A stretch of DNA of 63,983 bases, filler included, from Octopus bimaculoides (Eukaryota): the NCBI RefSeq assembly GCF_001194135.2. It is 7 parts of 6 records of this genome, joined end to end, with 100 filler letters (N's around TTAATTAATTAA, not from the genome) between each part and the next. Parts side by side here need not be neighbours in the genome. Positions count along the whole stretch, not along the records: positions 1 to 19,079 come from NC_068983.1; 6 more parts are not named here. One strand, given 5' to 3'. Made by a program: the position numbers and the translations under genes. Every line of letters begins with the position of its first letter. Within the stretch, counting starts at the first letter, position 1. Below are positions 1 through 12,793 of this stretch, in pieces. The notes beneath the pieces were generated by a model that was not told the DNA's origin, made no database searches, and saw only the letters and a program-made list of their open reading frames with translations.

Positions 1-102
1 TTAAAAAAAATTTTTGACTAAAACACAACCGGAACCCTAAGTAAGACATGTGTAAAATTTGAATGAAATTGGTTGTGTAGTTCTCGAGTTTTAGGGAAAC
101 AC

Positions 103-137
<35 letters not shown>

Positions 138-176
138 CACACACACACACACATTCTCATTTTTATGTATATAGAT
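1..176 (+). mobile_element. 3' end of a non-autonomous Helitron-like (Lep1/HINE-type) element with internal (GACA)n/(CA)n tract
   Basis: AAAATTTGAATGAAATTGGTTGTGTAGTTCTCGAG followed by (GACA)n and a ...TATATAGAT end, the layout typical of Lep1/HINE-like elements; 5' part lies outside the window. Confidence 0.5.
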
Positions 177-966
177 TACATCTTTTATTATTACATACAA
201 TCTAGAAATTCTAATAATAATCATTTCAGGAAAATGCATTAGCACTAGTTCTTTCCTTGCCACAAAAATCTATAACTAAGCATTTTATAGTTGTCATTCA
301 CGAGTCTATTTCACAGTCAGTTTGTAACTATTCTATTGCCTTTATATCAGAATTCGATATTTATTTCGAGGCATTTTATTTGAAGCCTCTCACACAAAAA
401 GAAATATAAGACAAATTCCAATTAAATCTTTCTCCGTATTGTAAAGATTTTAGCGATGTATTTTATGAACTAACTGGAGACACATGGTCACAATATTCTC
501 GTTTGTAACTCTATACGTCTTTTAGTGCTAACAACTTTTAGCTTGTCCCATTTAAGGCTAGCATTATTCAAAAGTACTTGCGCCATTCAGTCCTCTTTGG
601 ATATCTGAAGGAAAGAATATTTGGATTTACTGGTATTTATAATTGTTATATTGATATCGAAATATTTAATAATTCACTTTCCCCTCAAGTATTCTGCATT
701 TTTAAGTATTAGATAATTTGTTAGATGAGAATATGAAATTAAAATGCCAGTGGTAATTTTAAAACACCCATTATGGTTTTCTTACTATATCATATGTAAA
801 AGATGAACAGAAAATAAATTGTAAACAACTAGTGTAAATCAAGAACTAGTTCCATAACGGCTCACAACTACTGCAGTTCACATAAGAGCTATATACCAAC
901 TTACATATGTAAGCAAAAATGTATAGGCTAATAAAGTTTAGTATATATCTATTTGGAGGTCATATA

Positions 967-2225
967 TCAGGTTGGTGCAAAAGTAATGTCCGATTTCTAG
1001 AAAAAATGTTTCAGAACGAATTTATCAATTTTTTAACCTCTTCTTATTGTTTTAAGATATCTCTGTGTCTAATTTGTGCTATTTTCTTTCAGATTATCTA
1101 ACCTCTGGCCATAATTCTCAGAAAATTTTACCACCATGTTTGTCCCATCTAAAGATCACATGAGAAATGTTTTACTCTACGAGTTTCATAAAGGCGTTAA
1201 TGTAAATGCAGCAGCAAGATCTATTCAGAGCACTTATGGGGATGTTGTAGGGAATGAAAGAAGTTGCAGGAGGTGGTTTTCCCGTTTCTGAAGTGGTGAT
1301 TTCACTTTGAAAGAAGAGCCAAAAGAGGGTCGTCCCAAAAAAACTTGATTCCGAAATGTTGGAAGCTCTTGTTTCAGAAAACCTTACCGTTACCACTAGG
1401 AAACTTGCAGAACAGTTAAACGTGGCCCATACAACCGGGGTACGCCAGCTAAAACACATTGGAAGGGTTTCAGTGGCTGGAAATGGGTCCCTCATGAGCT
1501 GTCTCCAGAGAATCGAAAACGGATGCTGCTTGTTGCCAATCATTGTTTTCACGACACTTTCAAGCAACATTTTTAGACAGGCTTGTTACAGGTGATGAAA
1601 AGTGTATTCTTTACCATAATGTTAAACGCCGCTGTTCTTGGATCAGTCGTGGAGGACGGCCAGTTCAACAACCGGGATCAGGACTTCATCCAAAGAAGAT
1701 CATGTTAAGTACATGGTGGGATATTAAAGGAGTAATTCATTATGAACTGCTGGACAACAACCAAACAATTAATGCTAATCTTTACTGTGAGCAACTTCGT
1801 CGTTTGAAAACAGTTCTGAGCCAAAAGCGACACCAAAAGGGTATCATCTTTCATCACGATAATGCTCGTCCTCACACAGATCGACTGACCAAAACTCTCT
1901 TGGAAGAACTTGGTTGGGAAATACTGCCTCATTCTCCATATTCTACTGACGTTGCTCCTTTTGGTTACCATTCTGAGGACTACAGAACCATTTTGATGAA
2001 CTTAGGTTAACAACAAGAGAAGAAATTGAAAATGATTTGGATTCATATTTTGGTTCTAAACCTACAGAATTTTACAAGCGAGACATTTATAAGGCTGTTG
2101 AAAGATGGAATAAGGTCATTGAAAGCAATGGAGTGTATGCTAATAAATAAATATTTCCATAGTCATTGGCTTATTCATTTTTACCTTAGATCTTTAAATC
2201 GGACATTACTTTTGCACCAACCTGA
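967..2225 (+). mobile_element. Full-length mariner (Tc1/mariner) transposon, Hsmar1/cecropia-like TIRs
   Basis: Identical 30-bp TIRs TCAGGTTGGTGCAAAAGTAATGTCCGATTT at 967-996 and 2196-2225 (reverse complement); TA duplication at 965-966 and 2226-2227; 1259 bp; transposase remnants inside. Confidence 0.95.
1136..2150 (+). pseudogene. Mariner transposase pseudogene (internal stop and several frameshifts)
   Basis: Read across frames: MFVPSKDHMRNVLLYEFHKG...RWFSRF*SGDFTL, KWVPHEL, LVTGDEK, HHDNARPH, HSPYSTDVAP (YSPDLAP variant), RWNKVIESNGVY; ORF-track pieces 1356-1595 and 1543-2010. Confidence 0.9.
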
Positions 2226-4477
2226 TATAATTTGAGATTATCGGAAGTGAAATCTTAGCACTTAAATGATGTTTAATGAAGACAAAACAATATATGGTAT
2301 TTTTTTTAGAATTTTCAGTGGCTAATGTGACGTCTTCGAAGGTATTTCATTTCTTGCATTAAACTAAGTTTATCTAAATGATCTTTCTGTTGTTTTTTCT
2401 TTTCTTTTTTTCTTTCAGAAAAGAAAATTAATACTAAAACCAATAATGTGAACAAAATTAATCCAATTTAATAATTCCCACCAACAGAGTTTAACTGAAG
2501 TCGAAAGGCATAAAAATGTATATTAGAAATATTTATAATTTTCAAACTTTGAAGAATTTTGAAACGTTTTGGAGCATGTTATTTTCTATCAATTTTTTTC
2601 CGGGAGAAATTTCAAGGGATGGTGTATTTAAGTTCTTTACTAATTTTGACAAATAATAATTGCAGATATCCTTTCAGACAAAGAAAATGTTTCCAGAAAT
2701 GTCATAATCTGATGCGACTTCTTTTTTTACACGTAGTAAACTACAAGATCGGTATGTGAATTTCTTTTCAGTTTCACTTTAAAAATTTTCAAAGAATATG
2801 AACAAAACTTTATCTTTATTTCCTAAATGAGTATTAACAATAAATTCTTCCAGGACACATTATACCGTTATACTAATTACTTCTTCAATTTAATAATATT
2901 CTACAAAATGGTATCCGATGGAACACACCTGTGAAACTAATGTTATTCATTTAGCATCATCAACTCAAACTAATACCTATTATGTTACTTGCCTTTATGT
3001 GTAGGAGAGAAAAAGAAAGAAAAATTTGTGTTTTATATAGAAACTAAGTAATCTCAGTAGTTAGAGTTTTTCTGTTATGTTCTAGGAAATTCGAAATTTC
3101 TAGCTATTGCTAACATATATCTTCCACTATTAAATATTTTATGTCATGACATGTACAAAAGTGGAGAATGTAGAACCCAAATGATAACACAAGTTAAAAA
3201 CTGACACTTAGCACAACCTACACATTGATTAACCAACCTGCTCGCTGCCTGCGTTGTAAACTCATTTCAGATTATACAACGCAAGGATAATGCGTATTCA
3301 ATTTGTAAGCTACTTTAATCAATACTAAAATAAAATCTTGAAAAGCGAGTTAAAGCCTTCTTGTTTTTCAGAATTACGTGCGTATAAAATATAAAATTAA
3401 TAGGTTCTGACCCTTCTTGACTCTAAAGATCAGATCTCAGTTCTTTTTGTTTACTAACGATTGAACTGGAATGTGATGGCATGCTTATAGACTGACTGTT
3501 AAAAACCAAACAATTAACGCTAGAAAAACGTGTAGTCAATTATATGTCAGGTGATGATAGTATTGAAATGTCTATATACACACATTGCCGGCATTTTTAT
3601 GCGTGTATTTCTATGCACCTATGTAGTGGAGAGAAATCCAGGCAAGCTATTCAATAGATTACATCGCAGTGTTGGCAGAAAAGTTCCGTCTTCTCTAAAC
3701 ATGTTGTTAGCTACTAAAATTACATTCTGGTTCTTATTTTCGAAGAAGAAAAATGAATGAGTTAATAAAACATAGAATTTGAGTCTCATGTGTTGTGAAT
3801 ATGTGGGACAATAAAGATATAAACATTTTCCAAGAAAGAAAAAAAAAACGTGAACACATGTCCTATTTGTTTATATTTACTTGAACATCTATGAATCACT
3901 TCAATATATAGAAGTGTATTTTTCAAGCAATTCTTTCTCTTCATAGAATTTCATTGTTTGAAGGGTTTTTTTTTCCATCGTACAATATACATTTTTCTAA
4001 AGTAATGGTTCTCAGCATTTTGCAGCTCAGCGCTGCCTTTCAGTGACTGGCATATTCTTCACCTATTTGGGGCGAGACAAATACTGATTATTTCAACCAA
4101 ACAGAAACTATTGTGTGCAGTGGTTTATTATCCACATTTTCTTATACTAAGCCATCAACACGTACCTCATTTTAGATATTAAAATCCCACGTGTTGAGCA
4201 TTTAATGGAAATCTCTAAAGAAGGTAAAAATTTCTATAATGAAATTTTATTGAATCTTGTTATGATTCTGCTCATATTATCATCCCAGCAAAAATTTATT
4301 GATTCTTTTATATTTGGAAAATGTACTTTTAATATTAGGTTCACATTAAGGCAGCGAACTGAGAAACTGGGGTAATTCTAGTAACAACGGAAAAATAAAA
4401 CAAGCAAAAACAGGCTAGAGCGTATTTTTGAGTGAATTTATACCAATCAGTCGAGTGGTCTTTCTCTGAAGGCGAGC

Positions 4478-4511
<34 letters not shown>

Positions 4512-4512
<1 letters not shown>

Positions 4513-4712
4513 GACACTGTTTCAGATGTGGGACCAATACTCTATTGTGGGCCTTATCTAAGTTTTGTAGATTGTCGATAATTGTGGAAGAATGAAATAT
4601 TTTCTGGCCTCGAAGAGATGAGTCAGTGTTTGGGATGCAGCTCCAGCTATGCTAAGAAGTTACTTTCACCAAGAGAGATTCTTGGTGATCATGAAGCGAT
4701 TCATCTATATCG
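4512..4712 (-). mobile_element. Decayed CR1/L2-group LINE, reverse transcriptase C-terminal fragment
   Basis: One minus frame reads ITKNLSW*K*LLSIAGAASQTLTHLFEARKYFILPQLSTIYKT*IRPTIEYWSHI*, fitting the CR1-type LSWxxHI...LYKxxIRPxLEYCSxIW block. Confidence 0.7.
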
Positions 4713-6196
4713 TTAATTCTATGATATATCATTAATTCGATATATCAGGCGCTCAAAATCTACCGCAGTCTCCTCTGCTGCGTTCGATATTAATGTAGTT
4801 GAAATTGACAGTTGGTAGAAACAGTAAAGCCCCAAACTAAATTTCATATACTTTATTCATTTGACAGTCACATTCTTTTTTCAAATTACAGAGAAGACAC
4901 TTTCTATTGTCATTACTCTAAGGCTAATAAAATGAATAAAGTGGATTCAGTCCACTAGCATTCATCTATAAATTCTAGCTTGTGCTAATAAATCGACATT
5001 TCGAGATCGAACCGATTGTTAAGGGATTGTAGTACTTAAAAAATATTTTATTTATTTGTTTGTTGAGATATGTTATTAACGCCACCCCACTTAATTGTGT
5101 ATTATTTTGCTGATATTTTATAACGAGCCGTGTCTTCAGAAAAGCGTTTCATTGTCTTTGTTGCAGGAGACTTTATCCATAAATTCTTAGTTCACGTACT
5201 TATAGGAAATAGATGCTCAGTTTCTGATACCTTCAGCAGATTCTTTTTATCACTCACTTACTGCTTTTGGTAACAAGAGTTCGGTACAAACCCTGATGTT
5301 CTATGTAGCTCGAGAAATAAAGAAATTTACTGATAAGGAACACTAAATGTTTTATGAACTACTGATATCATCGCCATGATATCTGCAGCGTTCACGACGT
5401 TGACAATGTTGTATTACTATTTTCTATGTGGGTGATATCTTGATAAACACATCATCGTACATATCTACTCAAGAATCTCATATTTATATATATTTATCAA
5501 TATCAGATAACATTTCAATCCTGCAATAGCAGGGATAGTAGAAAGTTTATCAGAGGTATTATTGATGAAATATTTCATAGAAATGTATATGGTACAGTGT
5601 AGATTGAAAATTAAAGCAGTCTTGGTTAGATTCACGGTAAACTAAAATAAAAATAACCCATTAAGAACAACTGTGCGATGTTTTATTTGAATTTACTTCA
5701 AAATATGGAGTATTCTGAAATTGTATTTAGTCTACTAATGAGATGCAAAATTTAAAGATCTGTAAATTAAACTAAATAGACGTTTTGTTGATTAAAATTT
5801 GTTGATATAATCCCATGACACCATTATTCTCCCAGATCCTTCACGCACGTTTGTATGTGTGTCTCAGATTTAATATATATATATATATATATATATANNN
5901 NNNNNNNNNNNNNNNNNNNNNNNNNNNNNNNNNNNNNNNNNNNNNNNNNNNNNNNNNNNNNNNNNNNNNNNNNNNNNNNNNNNNNNNNNNNNNNNNNNNN
6001 NNNNNNNNNNNNNNNNNNNNNNNNNNNNNNNNNNNNNNNNNNNNNNNNNNNNNNNNNNNNNNNNNNNNNNNNNNNNNNNNNNNNNNNNNNNNNNNNNNNN
6101 NNNNNNNNNNNNNNNNNNNNNNNNNNNNNNNNNNNNNNNNNNNNNNNNNNNNNNNNNNNNNNNNNNNNNNNNNNNNNNNNNNNNNNNNNNNTATAT

Positions 6197-6560
6197 TACT
6201 CTTTTACTTGTTTCAGTCATTTGACTGCGGCCATGCTGGAGCACCGCCTTTAGTCGAGCAAATCGACCCCAGGACTTATTCTATCGGTCTCTTTTGCCGA
6301 ACTGCTAAGTTACGGGGACGTAAACACACCAGCATCGGTTGTCAGGCGATGTTGGGGGACAAACACAGACACACAAACACACAGACATATATATACATAT
6401 ATATGACGGGATTCTTTCAGTTTCCGTCTACCAAATCCACTCACAAGGCTTTGGTCGGCCCGAGGCTATAGTAGAAGACACTTGCCCAAGGTGCCACGCA
6501 GTGGGACTGAACCCGGAACCATGTGGTTGGTAAGCAAGCTACTTACAACACAGCCACTCC
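6197..6560 (-). mobile_element. Composite tRNA-derived SINE, family A (octopus-type: tRNA head, core, internal microsatellite, 3' half)
   Basis: Minus strand starts GGAGTGGCTGTG (A-box-like), then GGTTCAGTCCC (B-box-like), TTGGGCAAGTGTCTT core, (TA/TG)n, and ends in a GTAAAAGAGTA tail; near-identical to 17038-17485. Confidence 0.85.
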
Positions 6561-6759
6561 TATGTATGTATAATCCCCGTGAATATCGGTTGAAATATTT
6601 TCAACATTTGGAACATTTATTTGAAGGAAACAGATTATAAAAAGACTTGAGTAGTTTAAAGATGGTATTTCCGTAAACAAATCCATTCACAAAAGAAAAT
6701 ACTCCCACTTCGTAAAAAGTTATACATTTGTGCTGAATTTTATTTACAAACATTTATAT

Positions 6760-6977
6760 CTTTATTGCTTACAGGGGGCTAAACATAGAGGGGACAAACA
6801 AAGGTATCAAGTCGATTACATCGACCCCGGTGTGTAATTGGCACTTATTTAATCGACCTCGAAAGGATGGAAGGGAAAGTCGACCTCGCCGGAATTTGAA
6901 CTCAGAAGGTAACGACGGACGAAATACCGCTAAGAGTTTCGCACGGCGTGCTAACATTTCTGCCAGCTCGCCGCCTT
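6760..6977 (-). mobile_element. tRNA-derived SINE, family B
   Basis: Head AAGGCGGCGAGCTGGCAGAA and B-box-like GAGTTCAAATTCC; homologous copies at 22409, 24173, 52640 and 55835. Confidence 0.8.
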
Positions 6978-7499
6978 ACTTATATTTACTTATATTTAGA
7001 CACTGTGCCATAATGCTACAAAAATACCAACCCTTACAGAATATAGTAACTTCTCAAAAATCTACGCACTATTACTTACTGGATGCTGTAAGTCAACCAG
7101 AACAAAATTTTAATTATTTTCAGGAAAAATGTCCTAATATCTAATATAAAAATTTCATATACATTTTTTTGTTTTGTCTTGGTATTTCTTCAATTTTGTT
7201 CATACCATAACTCGAACACACATACTTCCAAACGTACTCATATGCATCTTAACCTAAATACGAATTAATACACACACACACTCTTGTACTTTCCATTTAT
7301 CCCCATCGACTGTCTTTCTCATTTCTGTCTCTTTTCATTTTCCCCCTCTATACTGCTTTTCTTTCTGTAGGCCTATCTTTCCTTGTAATCCTCTCCTCGC
7401 CACGTATTCAGTATACGCTGAGTTTTAAATATAATCCATGAATTCACTACTTTTAATTCCCTAGATTGTAGATATCACCTTGCCCTGCGCGCCCGAGGG

Positions 7500-7710
7500 C
7501 TTGTGTTTTGTGTTTGCGCTTGCCCCTGCCACAGCTTGAAAACCTTTGTTGGTTTGCTGACATTCTCGTAATCTAGTGGATCGGCATAAGAGACTGACAG
7601 AATAAGAACTACGCTGACAAGAAAATTAATAGTGGTGTCGATCCGTTCGACTAAAACTCTTCGATGTCGTGCCCCATCACGGCTGCAGTTCAATTACTGA
7701 TATAAATAAA
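7500..7710 (+). mobile_element. Diverged 3' half of a family A SINE
   Basis: Aligns to the 3' half of 6197-6560 in the opposite orientation (GGATCGGCATAAGAGACTGACAGAATAAG...CACGGCTGCAGTTCAATTACTGA). Confidence 0.6.
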
Positions 7711-9704
7711 TAATTAGATATATAAAAGATTAGGATTCAAGTGTACCAGGTTCTTAAATGTTAAGGCACCGAGTCGGGTCAAAATTAAAATGTTTACACA
7801 ACAAAGGTAGATGAATACATAGACAGGTACCGAAGTATATGTAGAAAGATATTCGTGTTATGTATACGATTAATTGAACCCGACTGAGTATATTACTAGC
7901 CCTTGGGCGCGTAGAATCATGAAGGCGCATATGCCATTGATTTTTAAATGTTTCTGAATGTTGTTCATGTATTTAGCTGATGCAAAGGTTTTTTTTCTAA
8001 TGATGTAATGTCTTCATTAATCAATTAAATATTCGTTGGAAACAGCTGTAGTGATTTGACACACTAATCCATTTATAATCCATTTATTGTTATATATATA
8101 TATATATAAATAATAAATGAGTATATGCATATATACGTACAAGCATGTACATACCTACATCTACCTGTATATATATATAGATGCATATCTGGGTACAGGA
8201 CGTTGCAAACAAAAGGTAGACAAATGATAAACAGTACAGAAAACACACAGGCCACATAGAGAACATTTCCTCCATCAGCAGCCTCCATTCTAACACTGGC
8301 GTNNNNNNNNNNNNNNNNNNNNNNNNNNNNNNNNNNNNNNNNNNNNNNNNNNNNNNNNNNNNNNNNNNNNNNNNNNNNNNNNNNNNNNNNNNNNNNNNNN
8401 NNNNNNNNNNNNNNNNNNNNNNNNNNNNNNNNNNNNNNNNNNNNNNNNNNNNNNNNNNNNNNNNNNNNNNNNNNNNNNNNNNNNNNNNNNNNNNNNNNNN
8501 NNNNNNNNNNNNNNNNNNNNNNNNNNNNNNNNNNNNNNNNNNNNNNNNNNNNNNNNNNNNNNNNNNNNNNNNNNNNNNNNNNNNNNNNNNNNNNNNNNNN
8601 NNNNNNNNNNNNNNNNNNNNNNNNNNNNNNNNNNNNNNNNNNNNNNNNNNNNNNNNNNNNNNNNNNNNNNNNNNNNNNNNNNNNNNNNNNNNNNNNNNNN
8701 NNNNNNNNNNNNNNNNNNNNNNNNNNNNNNNNNNNNNNNNNNNNNNNNNNNNNNNNNNNNNNNNNNNNNNNNNNNNNNNNNNNNNNNNNNNNNNNNNNNN
8801 NNNNNNNNNNNNNNNNNNNNNNNNNNNNNNNNNNNNNNNNNNNNNNNNNNNNNNNNNNNNNNNNNNNNNNNNNNNNNNNNNNNNNNNNNNNNNNNNNNNN
8901 NNNNNNNNNNNNNNNNNNNNAAAAAAAAAAAAAAAAAAAACTAAACATGCTCAAATCAACAAAGTATTTGTATTATGCATCGTATCTTCACATAACACCT
9001 CTACCACTATCTAAACAATGTTATCGTAATTTTACAATACATCCAGTACGTAATTTTACGATCTGCGAGTTTCACGTACAGGAATTTAGAAATATTTTCA
9101 ATTTCTAACAACTTCAATCGGTTTTTATAATTATGCGTCTCTCCTTTCGCTCAGAAATTAAGAACTATGCATGCTTGTTTAAGCAAGAGATAAGAGAACC
9201 ATCTCTTGAGATAAGATGAAAAATATGTGTTTTTCTTATTTGGATATCATCTCCGATTTTAAGAGAAGAAATGATATGAAATTTAAAACCCTTTCCTTAA
9301 AGTCTATTTAATAAAACTTAGCTGGTTGTAATTGAGATTATGAAACGGGTGCTTGACAAACACCAGTAAATGAAAAAAGAAATGTGTTAGCGGTCATATC
9401 TTCATAATTCTAAAACAGAAGAACATTTTCCTGTTTTATTAGAGTTTAGTTGAAAATGTTATCTTTGCTATGCAAGCGTTAAATCATAAACTTTTCTCGT
9501 GGTTCAGGCAACGTATATGCATACATTTTACTGGCCATGACAAATAATTTAATCTTTTCTGACTAACGTAAGATATGAAACACCTTAGTTTAAAATACCC
9601 TTCAGCTCTAGAAATTCAAACGAGAACAAACAGCATATTTTGAATACTTAGCACGAATTCATTTTTATTTGTAATTCTTTATAAAATGTATAGTTTACTT
9701 ATAG

Positions 9705-9905
9705 AACTCTCCTTTACTAGATTGTCATTTGGCTGCGGCCATGCTGGAGCACCGCCTTTAGTCGAAAAGATCGATCCCAGGACTTATTCTTTGGAAGTCT
9801 AGTACTTATTCTATCGGTCACTTTTGCCGAACCGCTATGTTACGGGGATGTAAGCACACCAACATCGGTTGTCAAGCGATGGTGGGGGAACAAACCAGAC
9901 ACACA
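9705..9905 (-). mobile_element. 3' half of a family A SINE, followed by (ATAC)n at about 9912-9985
   Basis: GGCTGCGGCCATGCTGGAGCACCGCCTTTAGTCG...TTACGGGGATGTAAGCACACC matches 6197-6400. Confidence 0.75.
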
Positions 9906-9955
9906 AATATATACATACATACATGCATACATACATACATACATACATACATACA

Positions 9956-9990
<35 letters not shown>

Positions 9991-10714
9991 TTGCATGTAT
10001 GTATGTATATATACATAGGTACAACTTTGTTAAAGAGTGTCAGAACTAGCCAATATGATTTTTTACTGACATTCTAAAACGCAGACAACGATCTGGTAAG
10101 TCAAAGATTCTAAAACAATCAGTATATATGTGTTGAATGCACAGTGTCACAGACTTGCATGAAAGGCCCTTGGCAGTACTTTATAAGAGTTCAGAACCAG
10201 CACTAATATCAAAGGTGGAGTGCAGATTTATTCTCAGGTGATTTCAGGCAAAATCTACCAGATAGTATACCTGCTAACGAGTTGACATTATACTTCAAAG
10301 AATCCGATATTTGGAAATGAGAAAACTAAAAATTTCTGTCAACATGAGTTTTGCACTTTACAGAGACGTCTCAGAGGTGCATTTACTAAGATTTACATCA
10401 TTTTGGGTAATGGTCAGTTAACAATTGCCATTGATAGAGGAAATAACATAATAGCAAAACATTGTGGAACAAATATCAACATATTTCAAGAAATGCTATC
10501 AAAAGTTTAGTTTTTCTTCTCACATAACAATAGATATCATGAATATTTTGTAAATATGCCATGCTGGCTTCCAAAATTGACAGTGTGTAGGATATGTCAC
10601 CGTCATTTAACATGCATCGGCTTGAATTGAAGCTGCAAGTAAGTTCACACTGTAGTTGACGTTCATGGTACACTATATCTCTAAACATATCAGACACTCA
10701 GAGCCCACACAACC

Positions 10715-11180
10715 GCTCTAATTGCTACTTCGAAGAAGCCCTCCCGGAAAAAGCACATCCTTAGTATAGCCAGGGCCACATACACCAAACTAACCCCTTT
10801 CTTCAGAGTCAGATTATATTTCAGCCCTCCACAGTTACTAATACAAGGCCCAAAGTAGGGCCTTGTGTTACTCAAAATAGAGTACTGTGCCACATCTGGA
10901 CATTGTAGCTGATAAGTACACATACATCCCGGACCTTATCCAGGGAACGTCCACTCAGCTGATCACCAACGGACACATTTCAGCCTTTAGCTCACAGGTG
11001 TTCTCTGTGTCTTTTTTTATCCGATCTCATACTGTAACCACTCAGGTACGTCCGACCCAACCGTATCTTCAGCTCTCATTACCCATGTTGCGCCATTCCC
11101 CACTCCAGGCCCGATCAAGCCATTACTACATTTATTCATTTCTCTCCGAAACCTCTGGCTTTTGAAAAGCTCTCTGTTCA
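10715..11180 (+). mobile_element. Decayed CR1/L2-group LINE, 3' end of ORF2
   Basis: SRKKHILSIARATYTKLTPFFRVRLYFSPPQLLI, then across frameshifts IEYC, HIW, PLAHR and YSFLSETSGF*KAL (SFxPxTxxxWNxLP-like); same subfamily as 4512-4712. Confidence 0.7.
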
Positions 11181-12219
11181 TGCCTTTCCCACAAAGATCA
11201 CAGGACTTGCAGAGTTCATGGCTACTGCTTGTTTCAGAAGCAGATAAAAAATATGTATGCGTGTGTAAACTCATTACACGACAAGTAATTGCGCAATATT
11301 CAGAAATATCGAATGTAAAGGGATGAAATGAAATACTGTTAGATAATTAGCACGACTCTGTAACGTTTCTGCCACTTTACTACTCTCTGAAAATGTTTAT
11401 ATATTAACTGAACTTGTTATTACATTGCGTCGCGATGCTATATGTAATTTAACAGCCCGTTTCGAGCAAGACCGTTTTTGTTAAATATCGTATTAGTAGC
11501 TTTATTGTTGTTTTGGCGTCATGTACAGCTGTTTTGTAGAACACACAAGAATAAACTCATTGAAACCTTACAGTAGAAACGTTGGAAAAGAAAGTTGTAG
11601 AACTGTTAGATAATATCTTATATAAACCTTACACAGTCTATAAAAACAATGATTAAGGAGGGGGTAATGAAAGAGAGTATTCAAACATCACATTTTGGTG
11701 TTTATTTAGCTCATTTATGCAACAAGAGTGTGTCAAACTTGTTTTCGAAATCATTCTTGTAACACTACTTGCTTAACTGATGGCAACAAAATGTATATTG
11801 TATATCAACTAATAAATTATGCGATCTATAATCCATTGAAGTTTGTCTATCCTGTGTATCAGAGAGCAATTACTCTGCAGTCACCATCCTTCAAGTTTCG
11901 AGTACTGGAGAAATTGGAAATTTGCAGTATTTTATAGAACCCGGTAGATGAACAGCAAAGTTGACTTTTTGCTGCATTTGACATCCAAAAACGTAGGTAG
12001 CCGAAACAAATGCTGCAAAGAATCTACCAATTCTATCAATTTAATCATAATTGTTTCGCCTCTTTGCTGTACTTTATTTTGTAGATCTGGAAGGATAAAA
12101 GGTATCCAGGATAGATATGGACGCAAAGCGTAGTGAGTCGGAACAAATAACGCAAAGCATTTGTTTGATCAATGGTGCCAATCTGTCAATGATATTCTTT
12201 TCTTATTCACCAAATAAAA

Positions 12220-12350
12220 AGATGGCGAGCTAGCCAAATCGTTAGCACGCCGAGCTCGAAAAATAAGTACCAGTTGGGCTCAGGGGTCGATGTAATTGAT
12301 TTACCCCCGCCCCTAAAATTACTAACCTTATTGCCAAAATTCGAAACTAT
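12220..12350 (+). mobile_element. Internally deleted family B SINE
   Basis: GGCGAGCTAGCCAAATCGTTAGCACGCCG head joined directly to AAATAAGTACCAGTT...GGGGTCGATGTAAT. Confidence 0.55.
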
Positions 12351-12442
12351 TCTTTACCATAAAGAAGTACCCATATATTCTTACAAGTTGTTACGGAAAG
12401 AGTTTACAAGATGCTTGGTGGATTTACACACATAGTAATATA

Positions 12443-12793
12443 AAACAAGATCCCTCAGAGGGCGCAAATACCCACCAAGGCGACACTAATGCGCTCTCAA
12501 CGATTAGCCAGAGATGATTTCTAAAATGAGAATATCTGAAATGAACTCGACTACTCTCACAAACGAGAATACTAAAAATGAACCCGACCGCTCTCAAAAA
12601 TTAAGTAAAAGAAAAAGCCCGGAAAAATAATCCAGAATCCCCAAATCTAATCAGTTTGTGCCAGTCACAAGGTCAGACGTCCCTGAAAGTTTCATCCGAA
12701 TCCATCCAGTGGTTCTTGAGATATCTTGTCCAAAGACAAACAAACAAGCACGACTGAAAAAAATACCTCCGACCTAGCGAAGGCGGGGGTAAT
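12443..12793 (+). mobile_element. Helentron-associated (HINE/DINE-1-like) non-autonomous element
   Basis: AAGTTTCATCCGAATCCATCCAGTGGTTCTTGAGATATC, short (ACAA)n, and a GC-rich terminal stem-loop TACCTCCGACCT-AGCGA-AGGCGGGGGTA at 12764-12791; related CCACCAAGGCG near the 5' end. Confidence 0.55.

Noticed and set aside
3482-3502. Resemblance to mature miR-21
   Set aside because: Needs three indels, has no hairpin, and miR-21 is a vertebrate family.
4160-4230. Candidate short exons (plus strand 48 bp, IKIPRVEHLMEISKE; also a 49-bp minus-strand one)
   Set aside because: Splice-like signals on both strands, no recognisable protein and no partner exons; expected by chance in AT-rich DNA. RNA-seq junctions would be needed.
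8265-8302. Possible second hammerhead on the minus strand (GCTGATGGAGG)
   Set aside because: The core reads CUGAUGG rather than CUGANGA, there is no room for helix II before the next GAAA, and the upstream part is lost in a gap.
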